A DNA stretch of 64,000 nucleotides from Minutocellus sp. GHC0000111 (Eukaryota), in assembly GCA_977018835.1 (NCBI GenBank), contig OZ361259.1, positions 868,001 to 932,000 on the forward strand. Reading direction: 5' to 3'. Each line of letters begins with the position of its first letter. Positions within the stretch are counted from its first letter, which is position 1. Positions 1 through 12,630 of the stretch are shown one piece after another. The notes under the pieces were generated by a model. It worked only from the letters and a program-made list of their open reading frames with translations, did not search any database and was not told where the DNA came from. The translations under genes and the position numbers were made by a program.

Positions 1-232
1 CTGCTGCCCTTCCCGCAAGATGCTGTTGAACATGCAGCAGGCAACCACATGACACAACCAGGCAACAATGTGAAAGGACTTGACAACATTGATGGTGCCC
101 TTTCATTTGCTAGCAGTCCAGTTGTTGAGAAGAGGGAGCTGTGCAGAGTGACAAACAGAAACAGCAAAGGTGAAAGTGGTGCTCTCTTCTCTTTGCACCT
201 GAAGCACCTCTACAGTCACCTGCTTTCATTGA

Positions 233-739
233 TTGTTAAACAACACTCAGCAACAGCCAGCCCCTAGAAGCTCTGCTGCTGCAGGAGGACAAGATGAGAA
301 CAACACCACAGGTGAAGCCATGAGTCAATGCACTGACTGTGACCACAGTGACTTTCATCATCAGCGTGAAGTGAGGCATCAAGAACTGCACAGAAGCAGG
401 CAGGAGCGTCGTAAAAAGAGGAAGGCCAAAGCAGCTCTTGACACAGCATCCAATTGTGCTGTCTTTCTTGGCATCACAGATCAAGAAAAGAAGACTTCCA
501 AACTTGTTGCCAGTTTGGGCACTGATTCTGTAGTTAGATCATTGGAAAGCAGCGCTGATGAAAATGACACTCTTTGTCCTGTCTGCTATGAGCATTTTGA
601 TGCTTGCTTGTCAAGTTTCTCACAAAGGCATGAATCACACCTGCCAGTGCGCTCTGCTGCTTGTGCTCACAGAGTTTGCTGCTCATGTCTTGTGGCACTG
701 CAGGCGGTGACAAGTGGATGGATTCATGTTGGTTCATGA
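233..739 (+). pseudogene. Degenerate ORF with a partial RING-like zinc finger
   Basis: CPVCYEHF...CAHRVCCSC resembles the first part of a RING finger. The final Cys pair is missing, and the region is visibly poor in CpG and TpA. Confidence 0.3.
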
Positions 740-2811
740 CTGGTCCAAAATCCTCACAACAGTTTGGCCTCATAGAATTTTATTGAGAGTGTTCTTCACA
801 GTGCCCATTGAGGTAGAGATGCATGTGATTGCCAGTCGCATTATAAAAACTTAACGCAGAAACAAATTCAAAACGCACATGCCGAACAGTTGTTTGATTC
901 TATCTACCCCACTCATAATGAATTTTGGCATAAAGAGGGAGGGAGAGAGAGTCGAGTCCTAATTATCTGCTGTGCCTTAATTAACACGTCTGCTATTCCG
1001 AAGAAATCGAGAAACGAAAACAAAAAAAATGACATGGTCAAAAATCGTTTAGACTAGGCTTCAAAGGGAAAATAAACATTCGACCAGCCAGTTCAGGTTA
1101 GAGCTCAACTTGGTAGAAATAGACAGCGGCTACAATGCAACAATCAATGGATTCGATGGAGGCGTCCCTCGATGCAAGGCAGAGCTGAATGCTTCTGCGA
1201 TGAAAATGAAAGAAAGGAAAAACACTGTTAGACTTCATTTACAAAATGTAAAATAAATGATGAAATTTCACTTACCGGCATCCGGATCATCATAAGAAAT
1301 AGCAACATCCTTCAAATACAGTCTTTCCTCTGCGCCGCTGTCATTCTTGTAAATCACAGAAGTGTTTGTTGGGATTGCGCACATTACAAAAGAGATTTCT
1401 GTGATTCTCTGATGGAATCAATATTTTGAGAGCCTCATCAACCTCCGCATTTGCTCAGGGTATAAAATTTCTAAATTGAGACTGCCTAATAGATGTCCCA
1501 TTGATAACAGTCTCACCGGTCTGAGAATCTGCCGCCTTTTTTAGCACCTTTCTTGCATTTGCCTCAATGGCTCGACCGGAGCGGAAGCGAGTGCAAATAG
1601 CGGCAAGGGCGCTGCTGTCCTTGTAGTCATAAATTGCTCTCTGCAAGTGCTGAAGGGCTTGGTCATGGCTCCCACTTATTAAAATAGCCTTGCTGCAGCT
1701 GTGGCTCAGCAGAGCGTGCCGCACCAGCCGAAGAAGCACGTTGACAGACCTAGAAACACCATTTCCTTCCACCTCTCATCATCACGCCGCTGCCAATCTT
1801 CTTCAGACTCATGGCCGCCACATGCATTTCAAGTATGGCCACTCCATAAGCAAGTCAGGCTCGTCTAACATGGTGGTAACAATAATGTGGGGGACAACTC
1901 CGGCCTCCATCACCAGTTTTGCTGCCATCTTCGTCCGGACATCATCGTCAAGCTCATCAAGAATGTGATTTACACTTTCCAAATGGGGCTGCATCTTAGG
2001 CCATTTCTGCCTAGATAAAAAGCAGAGAAGGCAAGTCGCGCACTGGACCAAATCTTTGTACGCGCCTCAGTTGAGGTAAAAGTGCTGCTGCTGCTCATGT
2101 CCTGTCATTTTCATGGTTGAAGTGGGGTCGGAGGTCAGCATCGACTGGACAGAGGAGAAAAAGTGTGGTCAACATGTTGGAGCAATCAATCAGCGTCAAC
2201 GTCTAGTTGTTCCAGATTCTAGCTTAGACACTATGATTGATCATAGATGGACATGATTGATTGAACCAACTCCAAGACCTAAGTTTTCACCTAGAACTCG
2301 GCTTCCTCCGTCAGGATCTCGGTCCCCGAGAAAACGAGGGCTAGTGGCCTTTCCAAATGAAGACATACGGAAGACACTCCTGGAAGGGAAATATCACTGA
2401 GCTGGCTTTGGAACTGAATAATCTCCCTTCTCAATTTGGCCTTCACTCGATTAGGATCAAGAAATTACATCAAACAAACCACTTTAATTGGAAGCCATCC
2501 CCGAACGCCATTCGAAGGCTTTGCGCTTTTTCAGCACCCGAGTATTCTGGTCTTAGAATCCCATTGAATCCACTTTGCTTAAGTAGGGGGAATGGTTCAC
2601 AAGCTCGAATGCAATAAGCACTCGTCGTAGAGTCATCGTAATAAAGTGCAGAATACCCCTACACCAAAGCTTCTCCTTCCTCGACCTTTTCCCACCAACT
2701 CTTCATCAAAGCTACAGCTCGGTTGGTGTCATCGCGAGAGTCACTCCGAATTCTCGCTTCATCATCTGCAGTGCTAATCACAATTTTTACCACCAGTCTG
2801 AGCATTTGGCC

Positions 2812-4902
2812 TTATTTGGCCAATTCCTTGCACAGCGGACACAAGACAATGAGATCCGCCAATGAGCCGCACATACACACATGCTTGGTCTTGGGATTGT
2901 CAATTCCATTTTTAATTGTAGAGACCAAAAGTCTAATCTCAGAATTCGCCCAGGTACTAAAGAAATACTGCCCAGACAATGCACCATTTGGGACACACCA
3001 GTACTCCTCCCATACAACTTTAATGACACACAATGGGCAAACTGAAACCATAATTATGCCAAATTCAGTCTTCAAGAGGCAGTAATGGTAACGCAACAAG
3101 GCAGCTCACTGTTACAAGTCACTTGGTCAATTCCCGCATTCAGGCATTTTTTCTTTGGACCACAGCTGCAAAAATGTTTGAAACTTCTTTCACCTTGCCG
3201 CAAAGCCTTTTCTTTCTAATGAGCCACTTAGGGTTTCTCTGCGCGCATGCCATTGCCTCTCCAACGGTCCCTTCAAAGGAAGACCATTGATTGCGCCTCG
3301 ACCCATCAAGAAACTTTGTGTATCTTTCAATGGAACGCGTGATTCCACCAGCCTTCCGCAGATGAATGACCGCAGGAGTAATCTGATTAGTGAGATTAAA
3401 GGAAGGCATGTGGTCCCCCATAGTGTGGTGCGCAATTGGTTCCAAGGGCGGATCGAGGTTCGAAAACACGGTGCCAATACTTTCAGTCCCAACAAAGTTT
3501 GGCGGCACAAAAAAATTCGTTGAGGGATGAAACAAATTGTTGACACCATATTCACTGAACAATGGCCGTCCTGTCTTTTCATAGATGGCATTGTTCTTGA
3601 GGAAGCAGGTGCATGGTGCGACCATGGTCTCGTGGATGTTCTAAGAGTTGTAGAGTGAGATTAGAAATGTCAACAATGCAAGGCTTCCATTAGAAATAAC
3701 AACAAGTAAGACACACACAAAAATAATCCCTCTTGTCGCCAAAAGTAGGCACAAACCGTAGCGCCACCAACCTTGTTGCCACACCCAGGAGTAGTCAAGA
3801 AACTGTACATGTACAGTCTTACAGCATCTGAATAGGAATCATACTTGTACAATTCCAATCCCTCCTCTTGATACCGCCAGACGAGGTAGTGGTCCATGTC
3901 ATTGACGGACACTAAGCAGTAAGGTCCACAACTTTTGCGAATAATGCTCAAAGCATCATTTATGACTCTATTCTGATCTGAGTACCGCGCGAGACAAAAT
4001 GAATTGAAATCCTGTCTTCTTTTGATGTCTTTCAACTTCTAAAGAATCAACAAAGTCCCAGGGCAAGGCGAATTTGATGCATTGAGGGTCAAAACTGTTA
4101 TAGAATTTCACGAAATCGTCCATATCCTGATCGTTAGTTTCTTCATAGTAAAACAGAAGAATGAGTGGGCATGGATGTAACCCACCCCAGTGCTCTTCGC
4201 TGAGAAATTTTCTCTTATCCTTTGGTTGAGCCATTGCTTCCTTTAAGGCTCTAGTGTACTTGGCCTCTGCGCCGTCTGGTTTACACTCGTTGCCATTAAG
4301 GGGTGAATGGTTGGCAAAATACTCTTCCAATGCGTGATGGAGGTGTTCGGAGAACAATCTTTTATTCTCCGTAACATTCAAACCTTCCAGAATTTTGCTG
4401 GGCCTGTTTGGTGAAACATTCAAACCTTCCAGAATTTTGCTGGGCCTGTTTGGTGAGAAGTTTTTCCCGGAGTTCTTACTGTTTCCTTTTTTTTTTTTGA
4501 ATTCTTACTGCTATCGGTAGATACACCGTGATAGATGGTGCCGTTATTGAATACATAGTCAGCAGAGTTGGAAGTCTTTGGATGACAACAAGGCTTTCGC
4601 CACGATCCCATAAATGGAATATACTTTAAAACAGTGAATTTCTGATCCAAACGAAAGTGGAGCCCGACTCTGACCCATTCCAGGGAATTGTTTGTTTCAT
4701 TCTTCCCTTTTGATTCACTCTTGCTTACATTCAGAACGTCAGCTCCATGCCATCCGTTCTCATCACTCACGTAGTACTCAATGAAATCACCTACATTGAT
4801 TTCATCCGGAAATACGATAAGACGAGGGTCAAAATGGCTCTTATAGTGACGAACCATGTCTGCGTCACTATTGATTCTATGCTGTATCATTCTTGCCGCC
4901 AT
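2812..4902 (-). pseudogene. Run of abutting same-strand ORFs, probably one fragmented gene of unknown function
   Basis: ORFs 4420-4902, 3968-4423, 3670-4035, 3140-3625 and 2812-3099 are collinear and overlap or abut. There is a 12-T run at ~4487-4498 and a 42-bp tandem duplication at ~4377-4456. No family recognised. Confidence 0.3.
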
Positions 4903-4948
4903 TTCTGACTATTGATTCTATGCTGTATCATTCTTGCCGCCATTTCTG
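4868..4948. repeat. ~41-bp tandem duplication
   Basis: ctattgattctatgctgtatcattcttgccgccatttctg occurs twice in tandem. Confidence 0.85.
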
Positions 4949-6354
4949 CCATTGGCAATTCCACATCACGTACTGTACTGGGTTGCCACTCAACAATATT
5001 CTCTGTTTCTCTATTTCAGTGGCTCTTGAGTTGTGGTTCCAACCTGTTCGGAACAGTCGGATTTGATGTGCATTAATGAAATATGTGCTGTCGACTCCTG
5101 ATCTCTCTGCAAGAAGGCCAAGACATCCTCATGCTTCACATAGCGAACAGTTCCAATGTTGTGGTGATACGACAAACACTGTAGGTGATACGGCAAACAC
5201 TGTATGAATGAATGCGATGTAAGGAAGCCACAACTTTGGCAGTATGGCGGAAAATTTGTTTCCGGATACTCCTCGAAGCTGGTGTAATATTTTTGTGAAC
5301 TGTTCCGAATTTCAAATTGGAGACACTTTTTTGTTGCATTTCCCAATGTAGTCAGGCTTCACAGATTCGACAATGTTCAAATGCCCCAAGAACATTTCGA
5401 TTCTGTCCAAAGCAACATAGGAGTCATCTGTTTTCATTGCATAGAAAGAGCAAATTAAAATTATCTACTTCCTCGGGTACTCCACCTTGCAAATCCAGTG
5501 GGGCTCCAAAGACCTCACCGCTATGGCAAGGCCTTTTAGAGCCTTTTTCGGCCAATAGTGTACATTTAATGTACACTATCCTCTCCTCCCTGATTGGGAG
5601 AAAGTCGTTTTAGAATAAGAAAAATGGGGTGCTACCTCCTACAAAAACTCAATTTTCTTATTGCTTCTCCCAAGGTAGACGGAGGATAGTGTACATTGAG
5701 AGGCTCTTTTTTGTACACTCGCTCCAGGTAGGAAGTCGGGCATAAAAGTTGATGAGATCTTTTCCTGCTTCGGCATCTCTCTCCACAAATCAAACACAAC
5801 ATCCGAGCTACATTCGTCTTCGTACATGTAGGGTCATCCCGAGCCGGTCGTCCCCCTCTCAGAGGTAGCAACAAGTTTGTTTATTTATTTTTTTGTTTGT
5901 TGTCCGAGAGAGTGAAACGATTGCCGCGGTGAGGCAGAAATGCCAATTGCTTGCACCACCGACGCCACGCGGCTCGTGCTTCAACACGGGTCGCTTCCTT
6001 CTTCATTTTTTGTGTCAGAGCGAGCATGCACGTGATGGAAGCGTGATGGAAGCGAAGGGCCGATGCCATGCATGTTTTGCGCAGGTGATTGCTTGCCTTC
6101 ATTGTAGCCAGAGATGTTGGGAGACATTGGACACAGGACGCACCGGAACATGTGAAAAACAAGTGCAAAAAGCATGTAGTGGAGACGCGACCGAACAATA
6201 AATTGAAGTTGCGGTGATCCGCAAAAATGCATGCGTGCTCAATTGACACTGCATGAATGTAAACCCATGTGCAGCTCACAACAGAGGGCCGACAGCTGCT
6301 CTCATGCCGGCAATTCCTACATGTGCTACGTGTGCTGTTATGTGTTGCAGGGTT

Positions 6355-6532
6355 GTTAGTAAAAAATGCCTCTTTTGTAAGTAATTGATCTCAACACCCA
6401 CCAGAGATTTCCGGCGGCGAAGAACAGGTCAGCTAGAAGAGACAGTCAACCACCTGATCTATTCTTCGCCGCCGGAAATCTCCAGTGGACATTGAGATCA
6501 ACTTTCTTACAAAAGAGGCAATTTTCGCTAAC
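6355..6532. repeat. Imperfect inverted repeat (~75-bp arms), MITE/foldback-like
   Basis: tgcctcttttgtaag..ttgatctcaa..gagatttccggcggcgaagaa pairs with ttcttcgccgccggaaatctc..ttgagatcaa..cttacaaaagaggca, with a loop of ~20 nt. Confidence 0.85.
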
Positions 6533-6631
6533 TAACAAACCATGTGTTGAGATTTTTGAGCACACAAGAGCACGTAACAAAATAGGGTGGTGCACTCACG
6601 CATTGTCTGTGTGCGCCTTGAGTTTGTCAAT

Positions 6632-6662
6632 TTAGCGGGACGACACCACCACCACCACCACC
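6632..6662 (+). repeat. TTAGCGGGACGAC(ACC)n element end, copy 1
   Basis: The same motif occurs at 16954, 20268 and 20893. Confidence 0.8.
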
Positions 6663-7183
6663 GGTTGGTGTGCCGGTAGCAATGGTCGCCTTGGTTTTGA
6701 TCCAACACGAACTCAGAAGCTGCAACCTCGAAGAAAACAATGATAGAAGTGCGCAAAGACCAAGTTGCTCAAAGATAGAGAGGTGGTTGTTAGTGCATTC
6801 ACATTGTTAGGACATTCTGTTTTCTTCGAACTGGAAAAAATTCATGCTCGCTTTCTCCGTGACGTGGTCATTTTCACGCAGGCGAAGTTAGCAAAAATGG
6901 GTCATGTTCGAGGTAACTAATTGCTATCACCAACTCAATTATATTGGCTCAAAATATATCAGGAGATTCCTTTGAGAGTGCTCTATCGGTTGGTATGTTG
7001 GTGGTTTTCTGAGGTTGAGTGTACGTGATTTTATTAGCACAAGACAGTGAGTTTTATTCTGTTTCCAGCGTAGTACCGGTAGTGATGAGAAGTCAAAGTT
7101 CGTGCACAGAGACTAAACATCCTCACGTAAAATTAGAACGTTCTCTCTTTGCAATACCATAAATTGAAAAAAAAACTTTGCCC

Positions 7184-7555
7184 TTAAACCTTTTGTATTG
7201 AAGCATGCACAACCATGGGACCATGCAAGAACCAACCGATGGCGAGGGGTGGGCCGAGCAGATCGTCGTGATCGCCGACGATGCGCTCGCACTCTCGCGT
7301 TTCGACGTTGGAGAACAACAACCGAACGCCCTGCGAGGGGGAGTTGGATCGTCTCGGTCGCTTCGTGGGAAGCTTGGCCAGTTCAGCCGTGCGGTCGTTG
7401 GTGGAAACTGCTGTTTTTGTTTTGTGTGATTTGGTCACGGCTTTTACTGTCGATGAGCGCTCTATAATATGAGTCAGAGGCGAAGAAGTCGTCCAGGTCG
7501 TCGTGCTCGCTTGGCTCTGTGTTTCCCATGCTCTGAGATTCGGTGAGTCGAACAA
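7184..7555 (-). pseudogene. Degenerate fragment of a diatom-type 'FSxVEIREY..GD..GPPLxIGW' domain protein
   Basis: FSNVETRECERIVGDHDDLLGPPLAIGW resembles a motif I recall from many diatom hypothetical proteins, with an apparent Y->C change. Confidence 0.4.
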
Positions 7556-7693
7556 GTCAAGTCATCACAGAGGAACTCCAAGCAGCAGAGCAGCACAAGA
7601 TGAGGCTGGTTCGAAAACGCTCCCGCGCCGCCCCTGGCCTGGCATGTGGCAAGGCCAAAAAGGACGGTAGCGCTAGCTTCTACTAGTAATTAC

Positions 7694-8734
7694 CTAGTGG
7701 CTGCAGTCAGGGTTGGCGGATGACAAGTAGCTCCGCCTTATAAAGTGCACCGCCTTATTTTGGCAGCTCCTCTGATTACAACTGGGGAATTCTTTGCTTG
7801 TGACTTCTTGCAATGCCTCACATGCTGGGGGAAGTGGGTAATCAAGAAGAAAGTAATCAAGAATCAAAAAACGGCAAAGCTCCAAACACGTTCTATTAGA
7901 GATCAGGTTTCGGCGCTTGGGAAATTTTTCGTTCTTCAATTGGTCCGAAGCTGCTGTTCTACCGCTTGGGATGGATAAGTTGTAGGCAAATCCAACAAAT
8001 TCCAAAAGGTGTGGTAACTCTTTCAAGTCACCTATTACAGTGATTCGGGGGTCTAGTGAGAAAGTGAGATTGGACTTCCTTGCCGATAGGAAGTTTACTT
8101 GTGGGTAAGAGTGAATACAACATTTGTTGGACTTGCATTTAGATTCGTTCTCTTTAACAACGATCAGCCACTGTAAGATTCTTTCATCGTAAGAGAGAGT
8201 CGAAAAATCGTTCTGAAAGTGAGCTGCTTCTTCGCTTCCTCTTTTTCCACACTCAGCCCAACCTGATAAAAAGTGATCAATTGGGTCCCGGACAGTTGCA
8301 ACAAGTGAGTAGTTTCGAAACATTGAACTATTGCCTGGAGGGCGTTTGGTCTGTCTCCCGACAGTGGTACCACCATTCTTGAAGACGTGTCGAAAAGCAA
8401 AGGATTCTGTCAAGCCATAAGCAAAGAATCTCCCGTGATTGATGGGACATATCTTATGTGTGTCATTGGAAAAGGCTTTGACCACCTCCCCATTACATCG
8501 AAAGATTTTAGAGTGTTGTTTTAATGAAAGTTTTAATTTTGAGTTTTTTTCTAGGGCATCTAAAATGGCAGAATCGTTCATCTCTGATGGATTTGCAGAA
8601 GTTTTGTCGGTGGTGAAGTAGTACACGTGTGACATGTGCCAATTCAATCCCAAACGAAATTTGATCACAAGGGCAAGAGCGAATGCAATTGTAATCCCAA
8701 CATCGTTTCTTTTTTGGGGGGGAATGAATGACAT
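7694..8734 (-). CDS. Golgi-type carbohydrate sulfotransferase (Sulfotransfer_2-like)
   Basis: N-terminal TM anchor, 5'-PSB motif RHVFKNGGTT and 3'-PB motif VRDPIDHFLSG. The last ~24 codons come from a MITE-family fragment (7694-7765). Confidence 0.75.
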   Translation of the reverse strand: MSFIPPQKRNDVGITIAFALALVIKFRLGLNWHMSHVYYFTTDKTSANPSEMNDSAILDALEKNSKLKLSLKQHSKIFRCNGEVVKAFSNDTHKICPINHGRFFAYGLTESFAFRHVFKNGGTTVGRQTKRPPGNSSMFRNYSLVATVRDPIDHFLSGWAECGKRGSEEAAHFQNDFSTLSYDERILQWLIVVKENESKCKSNKCCIHSYPQVNFLSARKSNLTFSLDPRITVIGDLKELPHLLEFVGFAYNLSIPSGRTAASDQLKNEKFPKRRNLISNRTCLELCRFLILDYFLLDYPLPPACEALQEVTSKEFPSCNQRSCQNKAVHFIRRSYLSSANPDCSH

Positions 8735-9073
8735 AAGCCAAGGTTTTTGTTCGAGCTTCTTTTCTTATGTCTTCAGATAGCACATCTGCTGTCTCAATTC
8801 ATTCGCTGTAAAGCATGTATTGCAAAGGGTGAACGACCAAATTCTGCTTGTTCGCCGAAAGGGGAAATCCAGTGTGCTCGTTTGGGTGTTTACAATCAAA
8901 ACTACTGCGTACTGCTAAGTACCTACGGACAAGAAATCAAAAAGCTCCCCAGCTCGGCGTCGGCTTTAACGGCGGACAGACCGTTTTTTGACGATTTTTG
9001 ACGGCATCATTTCCTCCCCACCACCATGGGCACCGTCGTTCCGCCTCTTTTTCAAGTGCCGCGCAAGTCGTTT

Positions 9074-9315
9074 ATGAGGTCGGTATGCCCCAATTCCTCA
9101 TGACCGATCAAGCTGGAAAGTTTACAGGCCAAGATACCGATTTTGTCAAGCATTGCTGTTGTGTGAGGATCCAGCTCCGGCACAAGGAGAAAGGTCGATG
9201 CAATCAGAATCACATGCAGCCGAGCGTGAGATTGGATTCCTCTCCGAACGATGGCGACGCCGCATGTCCAAGAAGAATGTTCCGAGACAAGGCCAAAATG
9301 CTACAGATCTTTCGA
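9074..9315 (+). mobile_element. Copia integrase fragment
   Basis: EVGMPQFLMTDQA...DFVKHC..IQLRHKEKGRCNQNH and AAEREIGFLSERWRRRM match the integrase at 18330-18545. Confidence 0.85.
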
Positions 9316-9339
9316 TTCTTTCTATGTTGGATCTTTCTT

Positions 9340-9870
9340 TCTTTCTATGTTGGCAATCATGCTCAATCGCAATATTTGTTCTATATGGAATCTGATAATA
9401 CACTCTGTGTTCCGCTTACCGAGCTGGAGCAGAGAATCGCTCAAACACAATTGCGGTACTTTTTTGGGACTGGTGTTGGTGCCTCTGGTTGGATAATGAG
9501 TAGACCATTCCTGTTGGACTTCATGGCAAGATATGAAAGTGGCGTTGATGATGATGATCGTCCTGATGTTGTTGCATCAAAACTACTAATGGAGGACAAA
9601 TCAAATGAGAAAGGCTGGGCTGTCACCAGACAATATCTTGTGGCACACACACTTACGCAACCAATTGGAGGGCAAGGTCTTACTGTCAGGAAACCTCCCC
9701 AGTCAAGCAAGCGTTTGCCGAGATGTTTGGAGCCGCACCGCGGAATGTGGATGAATGAAGAGAAGCTTGGAATAGATCGCAAAAGAGAAGACAAGCATGG
9801 TTGGGACTATTTTGGCTTTGATGCATGTCCCGACTCTGACATCTACCCATGCAATCGTTCTGATGTCAAA
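9340..9870 (+). pseudogene. Glycosyltransferase-like fragment (GT-A fold suspected)
   Basis: YLFYMESDNTLC (DxD-like), GTGVGASGWIM, RPDV and YLVAH spacing resemble GT-A enzymes. 5'-truncated by the copia fragment. Family not assignable. Confidence 0.35.
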
Positions 9871-9945
9871 AAGAATAATAGTAGCAAGGGAGACAGTTAC
9901 ACCAATATCGGCAACATGAAGGAGCCAATGCATCATAGTCAACGT

Positions 9946-10170
9946 GTTCGACATGCTGGGGTACTTGTGGATGCTGCTCGTGTGTATTTTTCCATTTCAG
10001 ACTTGAAGGATGTTGTTGACTTCATTGCGAAGCTTGGTTTCAATCTGCTACATCTCAGGTTGACTGATGATCAATCATTCATGTTTGAAGTTTGACTCCC
10101 ATCCTCAACTAGCAACACCATCAGGTCCAGGTGGCAGTGTTTATTCCGTGGAAGAAATGAAGCATCTCGT
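9946..10170 (+). pseudogene. GH20 beta-N-acetylhexosaminidase fragment
   Basis: RHAGVLVDAARVYF...FNLLHLRLTDDQSF, then after a frameshift DSHPQL...YSVEEMKHLVE. This is the start of a GH20 catalytic barrel only. Confidence 0.75.
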
Positions 10171-10239
10171 TGAGCTTGTCTCGTCTACAGCGTTGGCTCA
10201 AACAATCAAATTTCTTTTGAGAAATCCGCGTCAAAGCAC

Positions 10240-10640
10240 CTTGACTGTGAGATCCACACCTTTGATCCCACCGTCAGAGCTGAAGACTTTGTTAGAACTA
10301 GCGTTGCCTCACTCCATAAATGGGGCATGCGAGAAGATGGAGCAGTGATCAATTTCACAGTTCGAGAAGGTGGATTTTTTGCGTCAATGAGTTTACGATC
10401 CATGATGAAACAATTGGACCACACGGGGAGAAGAATCGACTTACTCAAGATCGATTGTGAGGAATGTGAGTGGCAGTCTCTGCCTGACATTTTTGACGCC
10501 ACACATGCAAAAGAAATGAAGATTGATCAGCTTCAAATTGAACTTCACCGAGGCGAAAAGGAAAGGATCCACAACCTTTTAGAAAGCAGACGCAGCCGGA
10601 ATGCAAACAATGCACAAGGAGAGAAATCACTGGGGTTGCG
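10240..10640 (+). pseudogene. Methyltransf_22/METTL24-like methyltransferase fragment
   Basis: DCEIHTFDPT, IDLLKIDCEECEW and IDQLQIELH, then after a frameshift HKERNHWGC. Confidence 0.7.
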
Positions 10641-11130
10641 ATCGGAATTCCGGGAGGTCGAGTGGGGATGCGATCGGTCGGGATCAGCAAGAGTCGGTCA
10701 TACGGGGGGTGCGGCGCAATCCCGGCAGTTTATCATCAACAACAATGTGGGAAAGTACCAGAGGGTCTGGGGCATCACAACGGGAGCACGACGAGCACAA
10801 AGACGGAGCAATGGCACCACCCCAGAGAAACGAACGGCCGATGGTTCGTGGCGTTGATGCACAGCGGAGGCCAATCTGAGGATACAGTATGCTTCAACTA
10901 TATCCAAACATGATAATGAATGCGTATTTGGTACGAAAATATAGTTATGCGCCGGCGCAACGCCGACGGACCACCATGGTGTTGGACGGTCAAAGAATGG
11001 GTGACGAACGAGATTGGGTTTTGGTGGGTTTCTTCGTGACGTGTTCGTCTTCTGCCGAAAAACGCTTCATCGGACCGGCGAAACAAGACGAGATGGGGCT
11101 GTGGGTTGTACATGTATAATTTCTTCTATT

Positions 11131-12231
11131 ATGGCACTTTTAAAGGGAAAAATCGGGTATGTGTTCATCCTCACTGCGAACTGCCTTTTCATCATCGGAT
11201 GGAATTCCTTCTTTATTCTTTCCCAATCGAGTATTGATGATCTGTACACAAGCGTCACGAGGAACAATGAGAAGGAATTGGGACGTTCTGATTTGTCATC
11301 GGAGCAAAGATCCCTTTTCGTTGTTGTGCCTGGCATTGGTGATTTGTCAAGACTCCCCACTTTGGAGGAATCCCTGCAAAAATTTTATTCAAATTTTCAT
11401 GAATCTCTCGCTGTCACGACATGCTATGTTTTTGTTTGGAACAAAGCAGTTTTTCAAGAAGTAGCAAAGTCACTGCACATGTGTACTGTCAAGTACAATA
11501 CTGGCAGGTGGATCGACCATATGATTGCATATTCTACTCTCGAAACAGAAACAGCTGCCACACACATTGCAGTGTTAATGGATGACATCAATATTCAAGG
11601 AGTCGATATTCCATCCTTCCTCGACACAATGGAAGAATCGGGGTATGACCTTGCATCAGGATCTGTTGATTCTTGGCATTATGAATGTATGCATTCGCGG
11701 GGGTTGTGCAAGTCTCACAGGACAGACTACGTAGATATATTGTTTGCAGTGTTCACAGCAGATGCGTGGGCTTGTTGGACGAAGCAACTGGACGCAGTTC
11801 TCAATTCTTATGGATGGGGCTACGACGTGACATTTGCTGATCAATGCGAAGCAAAAGTAGGAGTGGTGAGTATCCGCATGCGTGACACATTAGCTAGTAA
11901 TACTGATATTCAATTGGATCAATTGGAGCAGTTTGTTTTCTTACTTTCACCCTTTGAATACTTTTATCCTTTACAGATCGATGGTGCCAAGGTACTTCAT
12001 TACTCTGGAGACAAAAAATGTGAACGCGGTGGGGACTGTACCAGAAGCTACAATGAAGATGCAGCAATGAAACAGCTATGGGAATGGATTATGTTGAAAT
12101 CAGAAACAAGTAATGTAGATGAGGCCACACAGTACTGGAAAAATGTCACACAGGAACGACCATTGCTTTTTCCTATTTGTGACATCTACAGCGATTTTCA
12201 GCTTGGACAGGAAAGGGAGGAGAGGAAATAA
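11131..12231 (+). CDS. DUF707-like type II membrane protein (putative glycosyltransferase) with one intron (11866-11976)
   Basis: TM anchor, LMDD, and YVDILFAVFTADAWACW...GWGYD, which resembles DUF707 FVEIMAPVFSRDAWRC...GWGLD. A 111-bp in-frame GTGAGT...TTACAG intron is present. Confidence 0.65.
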   Translation: MALLKGKIGYVFILTANCLFIIGWNSFFILSQSSIDDLYTSVTRNNEKELGRSDLSSEQRSLFVVVPGIGDLSRLPTLEESLQKFYSNFHESLAVTTCYVFVWNKAVFQEVAKSLHMCTVKYNTGRWIDHMIAYSTLETETAATHIAVLMDDINIQGVDIPSFLDTMEESGYDLASGSVDSWHYECMHSRGLCKSHRTDYVDILFAVFTADAWACWTKQLDAVLNSYGWGYDVTFADQCEAKVGVVSIRMRDTLASNTDIQLDQLEQFVFLLSPFEYFYPLQIDGAKVLHYSGDKKCERGGDCTRSYNEDAAMKQLWEWIMLKSETSNVDEATQYWKNVTQERPLLFPICDIYSDFQLGQEREERK

Positions 12232-12630
12232 CTTCCCAATTGGGATCCTAATTACTTCTTGAAGAAGTGACTTTCCCGAGGGTTGTTACTATTTAAACTG
12301 AAGTGGGAGCTCGCACAATAAGCTCACACAATGATCTAGTCGACAGTTGGACCAAACAACTAGCATAGCATAGATTTATGGTCTATCTTTTCCTGTCAGT
12401 GCAAGGGGAGTCTCAATTGACAGACTATGATGCAAGCAAGGGTGGGTGGATGGGAGGAAATCGAGAAGGAGAAGCAAGTCAACCGGAGAACCCCCCCATT
12501 ACGTAGTCAAATAAAAAATCTATCTACTCAGGGTTGGTTCAAAGGTAGTTGGTGCCACCGAGTGAGGATGCCATCTCTCTCACGGGTGATCAGGGCCCCA
12601 CAAAGCACACCAATGTAGATTCCGCGCTTG

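Noticed and set aside
5893..6279. Cys/His-rich ORFs as a transposase zinc ribbon
   Set aside because: The Cys/His excess is explained by TG/CA enrichment, and the motif spacing is not convincing.
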